Shown piece by piece: positions 37,101 through 50,223 of a stretch of 62,156 nucleotides of DNA (the first letter of the stretch is position 1; each line of letters opens with the position of its first letter). Origin of the DNA: Calcarisporiella thermophila CBS 279.70 (lineage: Eukaryota; Fungi; Calcarisporiellomycota); contig NW_027192216.1 of NCBI RefSeq assembly GCF_041956535.1, positions 393,073 to 455,228 on the forward strand. Direction: 5' to 3'. The position numbers were made by a program, and so were the translations under genes. The notes beneath the pieces are model-generated. The model saw only the letters and a program-made list of their open reading frames with translations. It did no database searches and was not told where the DNA came from.

Positions 37101-40100
37101 CAGAAGCGAAAAAATTATGGTAGATATTAGTTTGCTTGCATTTTTTTTCGTTCCCCATTCAGGTTAGCATTGCACATTGACATTTTTGTTTATGCAGGGC
37201 TTGACTTTCCAGTGGGGTTACCTCCCGGCGAGTTTGAGCAGGAGGAGCAACAGCGCCTGCAATGGTACGAGGAGGCAAGACTTGAGGTCAAAGAACGTAC
37301 GGTTATACCAAAAATAGATCGTGGAAAATTATATCGGCGCAGACGGGAATTCTACACGCGTTCTGATGACGAGACTCCTGATCCAATGACTATGCTTGCG
37401 TACATCAATGCATTGCCGGATGATTCCAACGATGAGGATTACCATGTTTCGGAGGATGAGGACGAAGAGGAGTCCCTTTCGGAGGAGTCAGGGGTAGTTC
37501 GAGAAGTGGTGGAAGACGACGACGATGACGATGAATTTGTTGTGGAAGATGAGAGCGGGAACGGGGGATATACCCGGCGTGGACGGCGTAAGACTCAACA
37601 GAAGCGGAAGAGGCAGAGTACTAGACGCGGAAGAAAGAGACGGCGTCGAACCGGTGTGAATGGAGCCTTTTCAGAGTTGAATGATGATGAGGAAGAGGAG
37701 GAGGAGGAGGAGGAAGAGGAGGAAGAAGAGTTGGAAGAAGAGGAAGAAGAGGAGGAAATGGTAGACATGGACTCTGAGGCGAGTGGAGGCGGCTCCTTTA
37801 AAATTCGGCCACGCAGTCGTCGGAGGAGACGTACAAGGAAACAGCCCAATTATGCGGAGTCAGATGATTGGGATGAGGAGGATGAAGATGAAGACGAGGA
37901 TGAGAGCGAGGGTGACAACGAGGATGAGGATGGAGATGCAGATGGGGATAGAGGAGAACGGAGGGAGAAGAGCAGGGCACTAAATCAGCATAAAACCAAG
38001 GGAAAGAGAAAACAACGAGTGATTGATAGCGAGGATGAGGAGGATTTCCAGGAAGATGATTACGGGGTTGGAACCTCATCCAAGGCGAGCACTTCGAAGA
38101 AGTAATATGATATTTTTTGAAACTGCTTCTGTGATTTTTCAATCGTGCTTACCTGTCCATTTCAATCCTAGATCTACGTCTCGACATGAGAGTTCAAAGG
38201 CGCGCCGGCGATCTGGTCGACCAGCCTTGAAGTCGAAGCTTGAGAACGAAGAGTTCATGCCTCCCGAGTGGGTCGCCTCTACTGAGCCCGATGTTTGGAA
38301 TTACCATCCCCAGGTATTTTTACTTCAAACTGATCGAATTTGGCTCCTCGATGATTCACTGTGATCATTCCCCGGGTTAGGTCGGTGATACCGTCGTTTA
38401 TTTCCGTGCTGGGCATGAGTTATTTATTGATAAGGCTCAGCCTGCAAACCGCTTCGATGTCAAGAAGCGGTTTGACCTCGGCAAGCTTCCTTGGGCAAAA
38501 CGACCCGATCTGGAACAAGCGCTCTTTTGTCTCATCGAGTCCATTCAATACAATGTTGGGCCTCCCGTGTGGTGTCAACTGAACATGCGGGTCCTCGAGC
38601 TGTCCAACCTGGCTACCGTGCTCGATTCCCCCACCGCGCCCCCGCAATTCCACTCAACCCCACGCCAATTCACCGTGCAATACTACGACCACCCCGATGT
38701 GCCAGACTTTCTCGTGCTTTTCGAGCGATTTTGCGCTGGTGTACGCCAGGACATCCGTGTGGGCAGCACGGTGAATGCATGGTTCGGCGAAGCTGAGTAT
38801 CTTGGCCGAGTGAAAAACCGAGTTGGGGGCCGCACCCGTAGTAGCGACTCGGACGGAATAAGCCGATATTGGCAGTGCTATTGTGTCGAGTGGTATGTGT
38901 TGCATGTTAACCTTAAGAGAAGCGCTTTTTTTTTTTTAAATCAACCTCTTTCCTTTTTCTCTTGGAATTCGGATATTAGGAACGACCCCGAGTATCCTCC
39001 TGACAATATGAGCCCGTGGGAACTCTGTCCGGTTGGGCAAAATGCGAGCGACGTATTCCGAGTCACAGAAGGTTTAAGTTCTGAAGGTGGGTTTATCGCC
39101 ACTCGCGACATGTCAAATAAATACTACACGGGGGGACTTAGTTCCTCTCTGTTTTCACCCCTTCTTCTGACAACTTTTATTTTCCATTCCCTATCATTAT
39201 GCCAATATTTAGTGAGGCATCGCGAACAGGGGATTATTCAGTCGCTCATCTCACAGCCTGATTTTGCCGTCTTCGTGGAGCCGGTCCCGTTGGATGTATA
39301 TCCCGACTATCCTCTGGCGGTACCCTATCCAATGAGCCTGAACGTCGTGCTGGAGCGACTTCAGAATGGGTTTTATCGGCGACTAGAGGTAAGTGGGGCA
39401 AATCGCTTGTTTTTTAGATTCCAGGTTTCTGGATAAATGCAAACATGTTCTGCAATTCAGGCAGTTGATTTCGATGTTGACCTGATCCGGAGAAATGCTC
39501 ACTCATACAACGAACCGCGTTCCCTAATATGTCGAGTAGCTTCGAATCTTGTGAAGGTGTACAAGGCGAAAGCCCAAGGTAATGATGCTATTCTGTGTTA
39601 AACTTTCGCATGTGAATTACGGTTGTGCGTAGAAATTGCTTACTTAATTTGGGGCTAATTTCCGCATAAATATGCTAAGGTTCATTACTAGAGGTAAACG
39701 AGCTTGTGTCGCATGAAGAAAACGGGCTCTCCGCAGATGAATATCAGGAATACCAGGAGGACGAGGAGGGCGATGGGGAAGATGACGATGGTGGCGAGGA
39801 GCATGGCGACTTGAAGGGCAAGGGGAAAGCGTTCAACTTAAATAGGTATGGAATGGGTAAATTCTCTCCTCTTCCTTCACATGTTTTCTTAACACTTCTC
39901 TTGGCCATTGGCTCTACTTTGTTCAGACCGGACGAGGATGAAGATGATACCCTCTCTCAGCCCTCCGCCTCTACTGCCTCTGCTGGGATGCGCATCCGCC
40001 TTCGCCTTAATCGCACACAATCACATGGTAAGTCCAGTACCGCTACCACTGGAGGACCGAAAATTCGGCTTCCAGTGGCGAAGCTGTCTCAAATAAATGG

Positions 40101-40329
40101 CACTGCCTTCCCATCACGGTCGACGGCAGAAAGCAACCACGCTGAAGAACAGTTGGATGGCGGCATATCAGGAAAGAGAAGTACAAGAAATGAGGCTGCC
40201 GCTGGACGGCGGAGAAGGCGTGCCATAGTGGAGAGTGAAGATGAATACCAAGAGCAAGAGGATGATGAAGAGGAGGAGGAGGAGGAGGATGAAGAGGACA
40301 ATGACGATGATTATAATGATGATGAATAA
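34107..40329 (+). CDS. WD40 + bromodomain protein, PHIP/BRWD1/BRWD3 orthologue
   Basis: INYLIALFL...LLPHRHDWQG, GHKFPVFCVTFDRTG...GGDDYLVKI, HPSDPRIFFSAGYDG, YHPQ|VGDTVVYFRAGH, MSPWEL, one bromodomain (YPDY...YPMSL...RLQNGFYRR...NAHSYNEP); long acidic tracts. Confidence 0.92.
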
Positions 40330-40576
40330 AAAGCATTTGCATAGTTATTTTATATTCTCTAGTTTTTATTTCTGCCTTTTATACTTGATTTTTCTTTATT
40401 ATCTATTTCTAACTCGTTTTCTTATTTTGCTTATCAATCTTTATTTTTTTTTTTCCTTTCAAAGTTGGGTATATTTCTTTTCTTTTTTTTTTTCTTTTCT
40501 CGCGAGTGTAATTCTTCTCTTTCACCTCTCCCATATTCAAAAAAATAAACGAGATACAAGAAATGCTTGTCGGGGG

Positions 40577-42037
40577 TTAAAATCCATGAACACCCGTTGT
40601 TTCCATCTGCAAGATCAGCTCCTCACTGCGCTTATACCACGAGTCCGGCAGCACTTGCTGTAAGGCTCTGCTTCCGCTATAGTTATAGCAGGAGTGAAGC
40701 GACAGCTGATGCAGCTTGGGGATTTTTTCAACAAAAACTTGTACCACTTCATCGTCCACCGTTCCAAGACCGGATACGTCCAATTTTCGAAGCTTGGTCA
40801 GCCTCTCGGGTAGCAGCAAAAGCGCATTCTTGGATATCAATAGGCAGCACTCTACACTCAAAGTCTCCAGCTCTTTACATTTGTCCAGGATTGCGTGGAA
40901 GCCCTCGTCCGTAATTCTGCTACAATATGCTAGCGAGAGCCGGCGCAATTGGGGTAATTTTGAGACCAGTTTAAAAAGAGTCGAGTCATTGAGGGAATAG
41001 TTGTAGTCAAGCTGCAAAGATGTCAACGGCAGCTGGGTCAGCACGGGCAAGATGTCACAGGAGATCGAGCGACAGTTGCTAATATTTAGGGAGGTTAGGG
41101 ATTTCATCCCCTGGGCTATGGCGGCAATCCCAGAATCAGTGACGTGGCAAAAGGACAAATCCAAGGTGGTCATGTTCGGGCATCGACTCGCCAGAACCGA
41201 GAGCTCTGCATCGGAGACGTTTGTGTATCCCACATCAAGCTCTTCGACCGTATCGACTAACGTGGCTATGATGTATCCGATTTTTGAGCATTTTAAATGT
41301 TTCAGAAACCATTTTCTAACCCCCTTGAGCCTCGTGACCAAGTACTTTAGGTCCTCGTCTCGAATCTGAATGCAGTTCCGCACGCTGCACACCTCAAGGC
41401 GTAAACACTCTCCAAACTGCTTTATTCCCTCACCCGACGCTTCCACTAATCCGTCTAGACAGATCTGTCGCAAATTTGGAAGGCGCTTGGGAATCAGATA
41501 CAGGCTGGAGTCGGTGAGGGCGTAGCAATTGCGCAGATTAAGATTAATAAGATTCGGGCAATAATTTAGAAGGGAAGCAATAAATTTGTCGGTTATGTGT
41601 GATTTGTTCAGTAGAGATGAAAAATCTATCGAGCGAACGTATCGTCCATATGGAGTCACAGAGTAGAAGGAATGCGACTTGTCTAATTAAAAGTATCGGT
41701 TAAAGATCAGGCTTCACTGCTAAGGATGCCATTCATATTCACAATCGTCTCGGGATCTACCCCTGGCTCTGCCGCTGAGCACTTCGGCCATCCAGTGCCA
41801 ATTTGCTAGACTTCTTTTCCTTCTTGCTTTTTCGGTCCCTTCAATTACTTGCCACCATTTGTTCAAGATCTCGGTTTTTTCGAACCTTACATGCTGCCAG
41901 ATATAATACTGCAAAGCGGCATTGGCCCAGGTGCGACGGACTAATGCACATTCAAGAAGATCATTTCGTGGGAGATAGGAGAGGATGTTAAGGATTATCT
42001 CTAAGGGAAAATCGATAATACTTCCGCCGCTGTTCAT
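40577..42037 (-). CDS. F-box/leucine-rich-repeat protein (FBXL-like), 2 exons
   Basis: F-box DFPLEIILNILSYL...ECALVRRTW followed by cysteine-containing LRRs (LNLRNCYALTD, LDLSFCHVTD, LSLAYCSRITD). Confidence 0.92.
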
Positions 42038-42717
42038 AGCCAGATATTCGCGACAAGATTAGAATTCCCACAAATGGACATTTATGTATCCGAAATTGGT
42101 GTGCTAAGCCACATTCTGGAATCATATTTAACGATTTCAACATTGTTTACCCCTCCTTTACTTTCTTTCTTTCAAGTGTGCGTCAGACACAATGGCTTTT
42201 AATGGTGAGTAGATGTAACAGGCTGAATAACAGATGGTCTAAAAATGATGACACCAAGGGAACCAGAAACATAACAATGACGATACTTCTATTTATAATA
42301 CCAATTGTTCCTACTGAAGCCTAATTTACACACTTAGACAGAAAATAAAAAGCGTAATACTAATTCTCCCTTGGTTTATCATTGCTTAGGTTTATAACTT
42401 TCTGACCTTGACGGCCATTCGTTGTATTTCTAGCTTAGAATAAAGATAACGTTTGAATACCGTTGAGCCTCGTGATCTGAATATTGTTTGACACAAGTTT
42501 CAAATTTGTTTAATGAAGAAAAGAAAAAAGAATCCTACAATTTTTATAATAAAAAAAAAGGTAAAGAAAAAAAAAGAATAATGGATTTCAAAAGGCAATT
42601 CAACACTTCCATCTTATACTACGCGAGGCGCCATTGAACGAAAGAAGGAAGAAAAAGAAAAACGCTCCAAAAGTGAAAGATAAATTGTCCATAAAATACC
42701 CTGAGTATGCAGTGTTA

Positions 42718-43780
42718 TCAATCGAACGCCTCCTCCTGAGATTTTCGGGCAAGTCTTTGCACGCGCTTCTTGAAGGCAGGGTAGTTGTCACGCCATTCTT
42801 TCTGTATATCCCCCAAAAGACACGTAATTAGTTCCATGGTCTCCTAAATACTATCCAAAATTTGATTCAACGTACAGCAGCCTCTACGTTGGCGGGGGAT
42901 TCGTCGTTTGGCCCCGAAAGCATCGAAATAACGCTAAGGAGGATTGTCTCGACGGTGTGCACGGGGAGCCATCTTTCACTCGCCTGCTCGTACCCCCACT
43001 TGTCATCGCCAGGCGGATGCTATTAATATAAATCAGCAAAATAGAATTATTTCTCATGACTTCAAAAGGACTGAGCAGAGTGAAATTACGAGAATTGAAA
43101 TGCAAACTTCTCCGTCCGGATACACATTTGGATGCCAAATTTGTGTTGTAAACCTTAGTTTAGGTGGCATCATAGGATAAGTCTAAACAAAAAAGACCCA
43201 TGAATTAAAATGCCATGGCTCAATCTCAATCTGTAGTTACCTTGGGAAAGCTCATTTTGGCCTTGAAGAATCCTCCCTCACTGAATAGCATATACAAAAT
43301 GGATTGGATGATCTAGCATTTACTCTGAGAAAAACAAAAACTCCTGGAAATACTTACTATGGAGTGTCAGGAGGGCCAATAATCATAACCTCCCACTATA
43401 AACAATGGACAAAATGAGATTAATCGGGATGATTATTAACCAACCATTGACCAATCAGGATTCTCTAGGCACTATAAAAATCTCAGACCACTTACCTCGA
43501 AAACATCGTTGTCATCGACTAAACCAGCAGAAAATCCTTCCACGGGATTCTTTTTCAGATCTAATAGTATCGATAGGGTGATTAGCCAGAGATGTTGTGA
43601 TCATTCAGTTAATTTTTGCGGAAAAGTCAAGTGAAATCTCCAGTACTTGCTTCACAAGTTCCAGAGACAAGCTTGTGAAAATGAGCATATATATATATAT
43701 CCACATACACGCATGGACGCATATACATTACCTTTGAGTTGCTTCTTCAGTAGAAGGGCAGCTTGTTCTGTCTGCGACAT
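42718..43780 (-). CDS. Ubiquitin-conjugating enzyme E2, UBE2G1/Ubc15 type, 7 short exons (absent from ORF track)
   Basis: Spliced translation [16 protein letters not shown]|[22 protein letters not shown]|[13 protein letters not shown]|[13 protein letters not shown]|TYP...[16 protein letters not shown]|[11 protein letters not shown]...[10 protein letters not shown]...PANVEAA|KEWRD...FD*; all introns GT-AG. Confidence 0.95.
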
Positions 43781-44353
43781 CTTCACTGTAAGAGAGCCTT
43801 CGTATTTAGTGGGGAATGAGAACGAAAACTAGGAGAGCGATTGCAAAGGATTTTATATGAATTGCTGTCGTCAAGGACTATTATCACCTTTGAAAGGAGT
43901 GATTCCGCTCTCTTTGACTCTGAAGACCAATAAAAGATCGTGGCACAGCACAACGTTAAGCAATTCTTCCGATTCGATTAATTAATTAAATATAACCATG
44001 GGGAGAAGCAGCCTTAACATGGCGCCATATTGGGATGAAAACACTCACGAAAGAAGTGGTCCCGCGAGCATTCCCATGGAATGATCAAAGAGCAGTTAAG
44101 CGAAGCTGAATTTTTACAAGTAAAGAGGTCGGAAAAAAAGAGATATGTGCATGCATAACACTTTAATATGTAAAGCTTTGATCCAATTATACTTCGCTCT
44201 GATAGAGACTGCACTCTATATCCATGGACGTTCCCTCTTGACGGACACACCTCTATGCTAAATAAGTTTAAAGAGGAGAAGAATAAATTGAAAAAAAAAG
44301 TAGATGTCTACAATTTTTATTAAAATAGATAATGGAGAATGGGGGAACAGCTT

Positions 44354-44741
44354 CTAGTGACCCTTGTTGGCGAGAGCTAAATTCATGTAAATTAATAAAA
44401 AAAAATTATATTCATTAGTCGTGAAATCTCAGTAGAACTGGTAAAAAAAAAAAGATTATAAATTACCAGCAGGGTTACGGGGGTCATTCTTGTACTCTTC
44501 GACTGTATTGAAATAAAGCAAAAATCAAAAATCAATCATATGCTCATTCATTTAATATAATTAATCGATTTCAAGATATCTTCTAATGTCTACTAGTGAA
44601 TGCAATCGCATGTAAGAATAAAAACTTACTCTGAACCATCTTGCCTTGGATCTTGGATACAAGATAAAACACGACCGCACCAGAGGCAACGAAAGGTGCC
44701 ATGGGGCGCCAGAAAGGAGTTGACCACTTGTGGAGTGCCAT
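44354..44741 (-). CDS. ATP18: Mitochondrial ATP synthase subunit i/j, 3 exons (absent from ORF track)
   Basis: MALHKWSTPFWRPMAPFVASGAVVFYLVSKIQGKMVQ|IEEYKNDPRNPA|ALANKGH*; the TP..WP-like segment, TM helix and NDPRNP motif match Atp18. Confidence 0.9.
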
Positions 44742-44845
44742 TTTTCTAAGTTGACTTTCCGAGAATTGTGATGAAAGAATCCGAGATCGTCAAGAGATGA
44801 GTGAGCAGGTGTTTTGATTTTAAGTCGAAGACCAGGGGTCAATTG

Positions 44846-44853
44846 TGACGTCA
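44846..44853. promoter_or_regulatory. CRE/ATF palindrome TGACGTCA in the ATP18-COA8 bidirectional promoter
   Basis: Exact 8-bp palindrome between divergent start codons at 44741 and 44924. Confidence 0.45.
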
Positions 44854-44923
44854 TCTAATATGATCTAAATTTTAGGCAGTATTGACAGTCAAGGATATTG
44901 CTAATTGCATTCAAATAACAATA

Positions 44924-45600
44924 ATGTTAAGGATTATATTAAGGAGCTGTTTACAAGCGAGGTCAAAAGGTAAGATGCTGCCCCATATATAAGAATGTAA
45001 CAGCATGTCATGTTGTCAAATGTATTCCTTTTTAATAGGTAATTCATGCATTGCAATTCGTGCGAGTTCACAACTCGTTGGCACTCCCGACCCTTCCTCT
45101 AACCTTCGCCCTGTAAGATATTTCACCCCCGAAAATGAATTACCAGAAGTAAAATTACCTTCCCGCTGATTGTGCTCTTTACTTGTTCTAGAACTTGCCT
45201 TTTTTTTCAATTTTGATTAGGAAAAGGAATGGAGATTGCAACGTGAAAGAGTCGATCGCTTCAACCATGGCTTTTGGGCAGAGAATAATGCGCTCTTTGA
45301 ATCGCAGCTAGAATCATTCAAGGCCCAAGGTAAGGTTTTGAAGAAGCGTATATCTGATTTGAGTCGACTTATTCGACGTTTCTTATAGTTAAAGAGAGCA
45401 AAGGGGAGGTCACCTCGGAGGATCTCTCTCGTTTTTACAAAGATTTCCTTGATCGTTCCTACCAACGGCATATGGAATATAATCGACAGTGGTGGCGGGA
45501 GAATATCACAATGCTCGTGCCCGGGTTCAGAGCATTGGTGCGGGAATGGAAAGAAAGAGGGAGGAAAACGACCGATTATTTTCAGAAGAATGCCACATGA
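44924..45600 (+). CDS. COA8: Cytochrome c oxidase assembly factor COA8/APOPT1, 4 exons
   Basis: LVGTPDPSSNLRPV, FNHGFWAENNALFE, LSRFYKDFLD...HMEYNRQWWRENITML; GT-AG introns. Confidence 0.88.
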
Positions 45601-45788
45601 TGAGCGCTATCTTTGTGTATGATATGTAGAAATTATTGAAATTTGCTTTTTATTTTTGCTTGACAAAATAATAAAAAACATTAAACAACGTTATATAGAG
45701 ATAATTAATCGTAGAGAAGGGATGCAAGAGTATAAATAGTGATGAGAACAAATGATTACAAGAAGCTAACGTAATGAAAGGAGATAAA

Positions 45789-46849
45789 TTAACAGCCTTG
45801 CCATTGAATGCGAATTCTCCCAGCATTAAGATCACCGATTCTATCAAACGCCGCTGGCGTCATATCGATGTCACCGTGCTAAAAATAAGAATAATTTTCA
45901 ATATAAAGCTGGTATACGAATAAAAGAAAAAGGAATAATCCTGTTTGTTTATATTACCTTGCAAGTGGGACACTAAAAATGGGAAAATGAACCACAATGT
46001 TAATAGGAAGACTTTCAAATGATATGGTACCAAGATGGAGAGTAAAAACTTACGATGTCTACGATTTTTACTTTTACGCTTCCCTTGGGTCCGGTAATGA
46101 TGATACACTGGTTGCACGCGGGAGAAGAAAGTGGATTAATAAATGTACCAAAATCAGGCTTATTCTATCCATCCAAGTCATGTTATTGTTAATCAATCTT
46201 CCAATAAAGTGTTGCGTGGAGCCCAAACAAAGTAACCTACCAGAGCGGCAACGAAATCCGAGGACGTCCAATTTTGCTCGCAAGCTGTCAGTCCAACCCC
46301 AGGGTCGTAATATGTTCCGTCCCCTTCACCACTCATAGGAAACCCAGGATATCCAAAGTCTTGCGGAACCCATTCTCCTGTAAAGTAACCTAGCGCCCCG
46401 AGGATAATAAGTGTATTGGCAAGAAACAAAAGCAGTCCCAAGAGAGTGAGAATGATTTGACTATGTTTAGAACGATAGAAACGAGGAAACCAGCGAGACA
46501 GCATAGCGGGAATTGGGTCCCATGGCTTATCATCTTGGTATAGAGTTGTTTTTTCTGATGTTGAAGATAGATCAGAATTGACTTGATTTGATGGAGCAAG
46601 AGGGGCGGAATAGAGCTTCGAGGAATCATATGGGGTGAGAAGATGATGTTGTATCTCAGGAGTGGCAGCTGCATTATGAGCTTGTTTGCTATCGTTACAG
46701 GATGGATATGAAGGCCCGGAGAGACCGTGCGAGGGAGGGGGCGGGAGTGGCTTCGAGGCCGGTATATAAGTACAGGAGTTTAAGCTTGCATGTTGCGAGG
46801 TGGCATCTGCCGTATATCTTTCTGTATTATAATTTGCCTGCGATGACAT
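45789..46849 (-). CDS. Single-pass membrane protein with C-terminal RlpA-like/expansin-like double-psi beta-barrel
   Basis: TM helix IILTLLGLLLFLANTLIILGALG, then GDGTYYDPG..TAC...FVAAL|N...VKIVDI|CPTCK|HGDIDMTPAAF...GRIRIQW; 15-nt exon at 45958-45972. Confidence 0.88.
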
Positions 46850-47247
46850 GGCTGCATTTGTTTTATAAAAATGAAGAAGGGGAAATGAACGGAAATGATG
46901 GTGTGTGTTCCTCCACTTTCAAAATGGGAAATTTTTACATTAAACATAAGATTCAAATCGGGAAATCCGAATACTCGCCTATTGGAATGAATCGAATACT
47001 AATTTAGCAATCGATTCTAAACCTATTTGTAGAAAAGAAGCAACAGGTTACTTTCAGGCTCTACGAAGTTGATTATCACTTTGTTTTATTGAACCATTTT
47101 TTCATAAAGAATGGCCGTAAAATGATAATCCAGTAGAATGAGGAGAAATCGGATAAAGTTACTGAATTAAAAGAGGCGAAAATAGGATGGTAAATATCTT
47201 TATTGTTATCTAATAGTAATAAAAAAATAATCTGTACAAAAAATCAA

Positions 47248-49460
47248 TCAATTTTTCCCGCCCTTGCCCTTTTGGTTTCCACTTTTTCCTCCCTTCGACA
47301 CCTTGATACCTTTCTTCTTCAGCAGTTTCACCTTCGTTTCTGTTCAGAGGAGGGAAGAAAAAGAGAGAAAAGCCAACTTAGACACATTCTGGCTGTAGAT
47401 TGAATGAGCAATAAACAACTCACCTTCAATAAGCTTCTGATCCTCCTCCTCGTTAAATTCGATTTTCTCCTCTTCGGCCTCTTCCGGCTTGTCTGCAACC
47501 CTCGATTTCGAACCTTTTTCCTCCTTCTTCGGTAGGGTATTCGACATCTTCTTGAATTTTGCAACAAAGAATCCATCCATGTTGTGCACATGCGGGTAGA
47601 ACCGACGTGTCAGCTTAACGGTAGGATGGAAAACTTTGCCTCGGAACTTGGTAAATCCTTCTCTACCGAAATCGAGTCCTGTTGGCACGAGCTTGACATT
47701 GGGCCGTTTGGTGAGAGCATAGTTGACCACCGCTTCATTTTCCTCCACGGTAACGGAACATGTGGAGTAGACGATGTATCCCCCGGTTTTCGAGGAAGCG
47801 TCAACTGAGTCGATGGCAGAGAGGATAAGTTGCTTTTGGAGATGAGAGAGCATCATGAAATCTTTTTCAGTCTAACAAACGCAATTGAAATAAGTGAGAT
47901 TTCAATAGGGATGCGATTCGAGCGAAAGAGTTCGGCATAGAGGGAGAAGTGGCCAAAATTACCTTATTCACTTTTACAGACTGATCTTTGGAAATGACTC
48001 CTGTTCCACTGCAGGGAGCATCCAGTAACACTCGATCAAACCCACCGATGACCGAGGGGAACTCACGACCATCATAGTTGCACACTGTGGCATTTTTCAC
48101 CCCCATTCTGTGGATGTTTGCGACGAGCGACTTAAGACGATCCTTGTTGGCATCGTTGGCAAATACCATACCCGTGTTCTTCATCAGCGCCGCCATGTAA
48201 GTTGTCTTACCTCCGGGGGCGGAGGCCATGTCAAGAACGCGCTCATTTTCCTGGGGGGCCAGGGCCATCACGGGCAGAAACGAGGATGCGGCCTGCAGCA
48301 TGTAGTGACCAGCGAGGTATTCCGGAGTAGCACCAATTGGGACCTGCGAATCGAACACTTGGAGACCAACCTTGGTCCACTTGCCTGCGGGCTCAAGATT
48401 GACGCCACGGTTGATAAGAGCCTGAGCAAGATCACGCCGACGGGTCTTAAGGGTGTTGGTACGAATAGTGACGGGGCGAGGTACCTCGTTTGCTTCGAAA
48501 AATTCAATTGCCTACATTATCAATTCAATTTTGGGGGGTTGATTTTCCCACGATAATCCAAAGCTAGGCATTTAGAAGACTCACCTCTGAGGCCGTGAAC
48601 AGGTGGAAAAGTTTCTCAAGCAGATACTCAGTATATCCATAGTATAATGCCATATCTTTAATGAGCTGATCTACATAGTCCGTCCTTGACCGCCCCGGCT
48701 CTCGCAACTCATTAAAATTGTTCAACACCCGCACAATCTCTTGGATTCGGGTATGGATAATTTGCAAGTCGGGCGCCATTGCACGGTCTCGTTCAATCTC
48801 CTGCCCACTTGGTAAGATGTGCTTGTCAACCTCCACAATATTGGTTTTTAGCTCCTCATCAGCAAGTGCGGCGTCCCGCTCCTTGCGAGCATCCAGTTTG
48901 CGCGATTTGGCCTCAAGATCCCCCATCTACATTGAAAGAATGATAAGCACGTGTAAGTTGCAAGCATCATTTGGGAAAGGAAATTTACCTCACTGTCGTC
49001 GGAATCTTCGCTATCATCAGCAACGAAATCATCTTCATAATCGTCTTTTGTTGGCAACGCATCCATATCCTCCTCTTCATCCTCGTCATCGTTAAATAGA
49101 AACTTTGAATCCTTATCCTCCGTCTCCTCATCGCTTCCAACAAACTCGTCTACAGCATCCTCAAATACATCCTCGTCCGAATCATACTCATCCAATGAAC
49201 TTTTTACTGGCGCATCATCGAGTTTGTTCTTCTTAGATTTTCTAAAGCAAAAAAAAAATGTTAATCGTCCTCCATGGATGTAATTGCCAAGAATGAATGT
49301 GCCCTTACTCCTTCCCATTTGCGACCTTGGCTTTCTTTGTGATTGTCTTGCCAGCCTCCTCGATCTTTCTCTTTTTCTTTCCTGCAGCAGCTTTGGAAGG
49401 CTTCTGTTCAGTGGGAAAGGCCACTGGATCGGCTTGTTTGTTTTTTGCTCGTCTACCCAT
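47248..49460 (-). CDS. NOP2: 25S rRNA m5C methyltransferase Nop2
   Basis: [63 protein letters not shown]. Confidence 0.97.
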
Positions 49461-50223
49461 GTGATTTGAAGTATTCTATCACCCCGAAGATGCTGGAATA
49501 GAAAAAATAAAATATGAAAGTGCAGAATTATGTAAACAAAATCCAAGTCACAACACCGAATTGGGCAGTCACAATTTCACCGGCTCTGAAATCGTTTATC
49601 TCACCTTTGGAGGGAGTGTGAAAAAACTAGAGCGCGGAAAGAGTTAAGCTTATAAGCTACTGTGTCAAAGCAGCCTCAAGCAGTATATTTATATTTTTGA
49701 TCCGCTTTAATTCACCAATCTTGGCCCGCGATATCAAGATTTTTTCATACGAAACATTATTCTCTGGTATATTCGCAAGGCGCATGACTCTATTGAGCAG
49801 AGCCTGTCGATTTCGATTTGAACCTACTTAATGCTAGATAAGGCGTTAGAGGAACTCTAATGTGTATTTAGTTATATTTTATTATATGTCGATTAACATT
49901 CATGGACAGACAAGGTTAGGGAGGTTGCCCCGAGATTATAGAAAAACATAAAATAGGCTGGCTTGCTCCCGCCTCTCCCCCCTTACAAAAAAGAAGAAAT
50001 TCACAAGGGCAGGAAAAGTAAATTGACAAGAAAGAAGAGGGAGGGGGGGATGAAGGGGGGGAGAGAGGGAGGGGGAGAAAGAGAAGAGGAAAGATGGGGA
50101 GAAGTTCTCAAAATCACACATATACAAGATCTCCAATTAATATTAATAGCACACAAAAACAAACAAACAACCAATCAATCAACTCATCCATCCAACAAAG
50201 ATAAAGTCCAGTTTCGTGTATGA

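Noticed and set aside
42944-43440. Plus-strand frame containing [11 protein letters not shown], resembling a trypsin-like protease pseudogene
   Set aside because: It is the antisense of the E2 enzyme exon IIGPPDTPY; the minus-strand gene explains the region fully.
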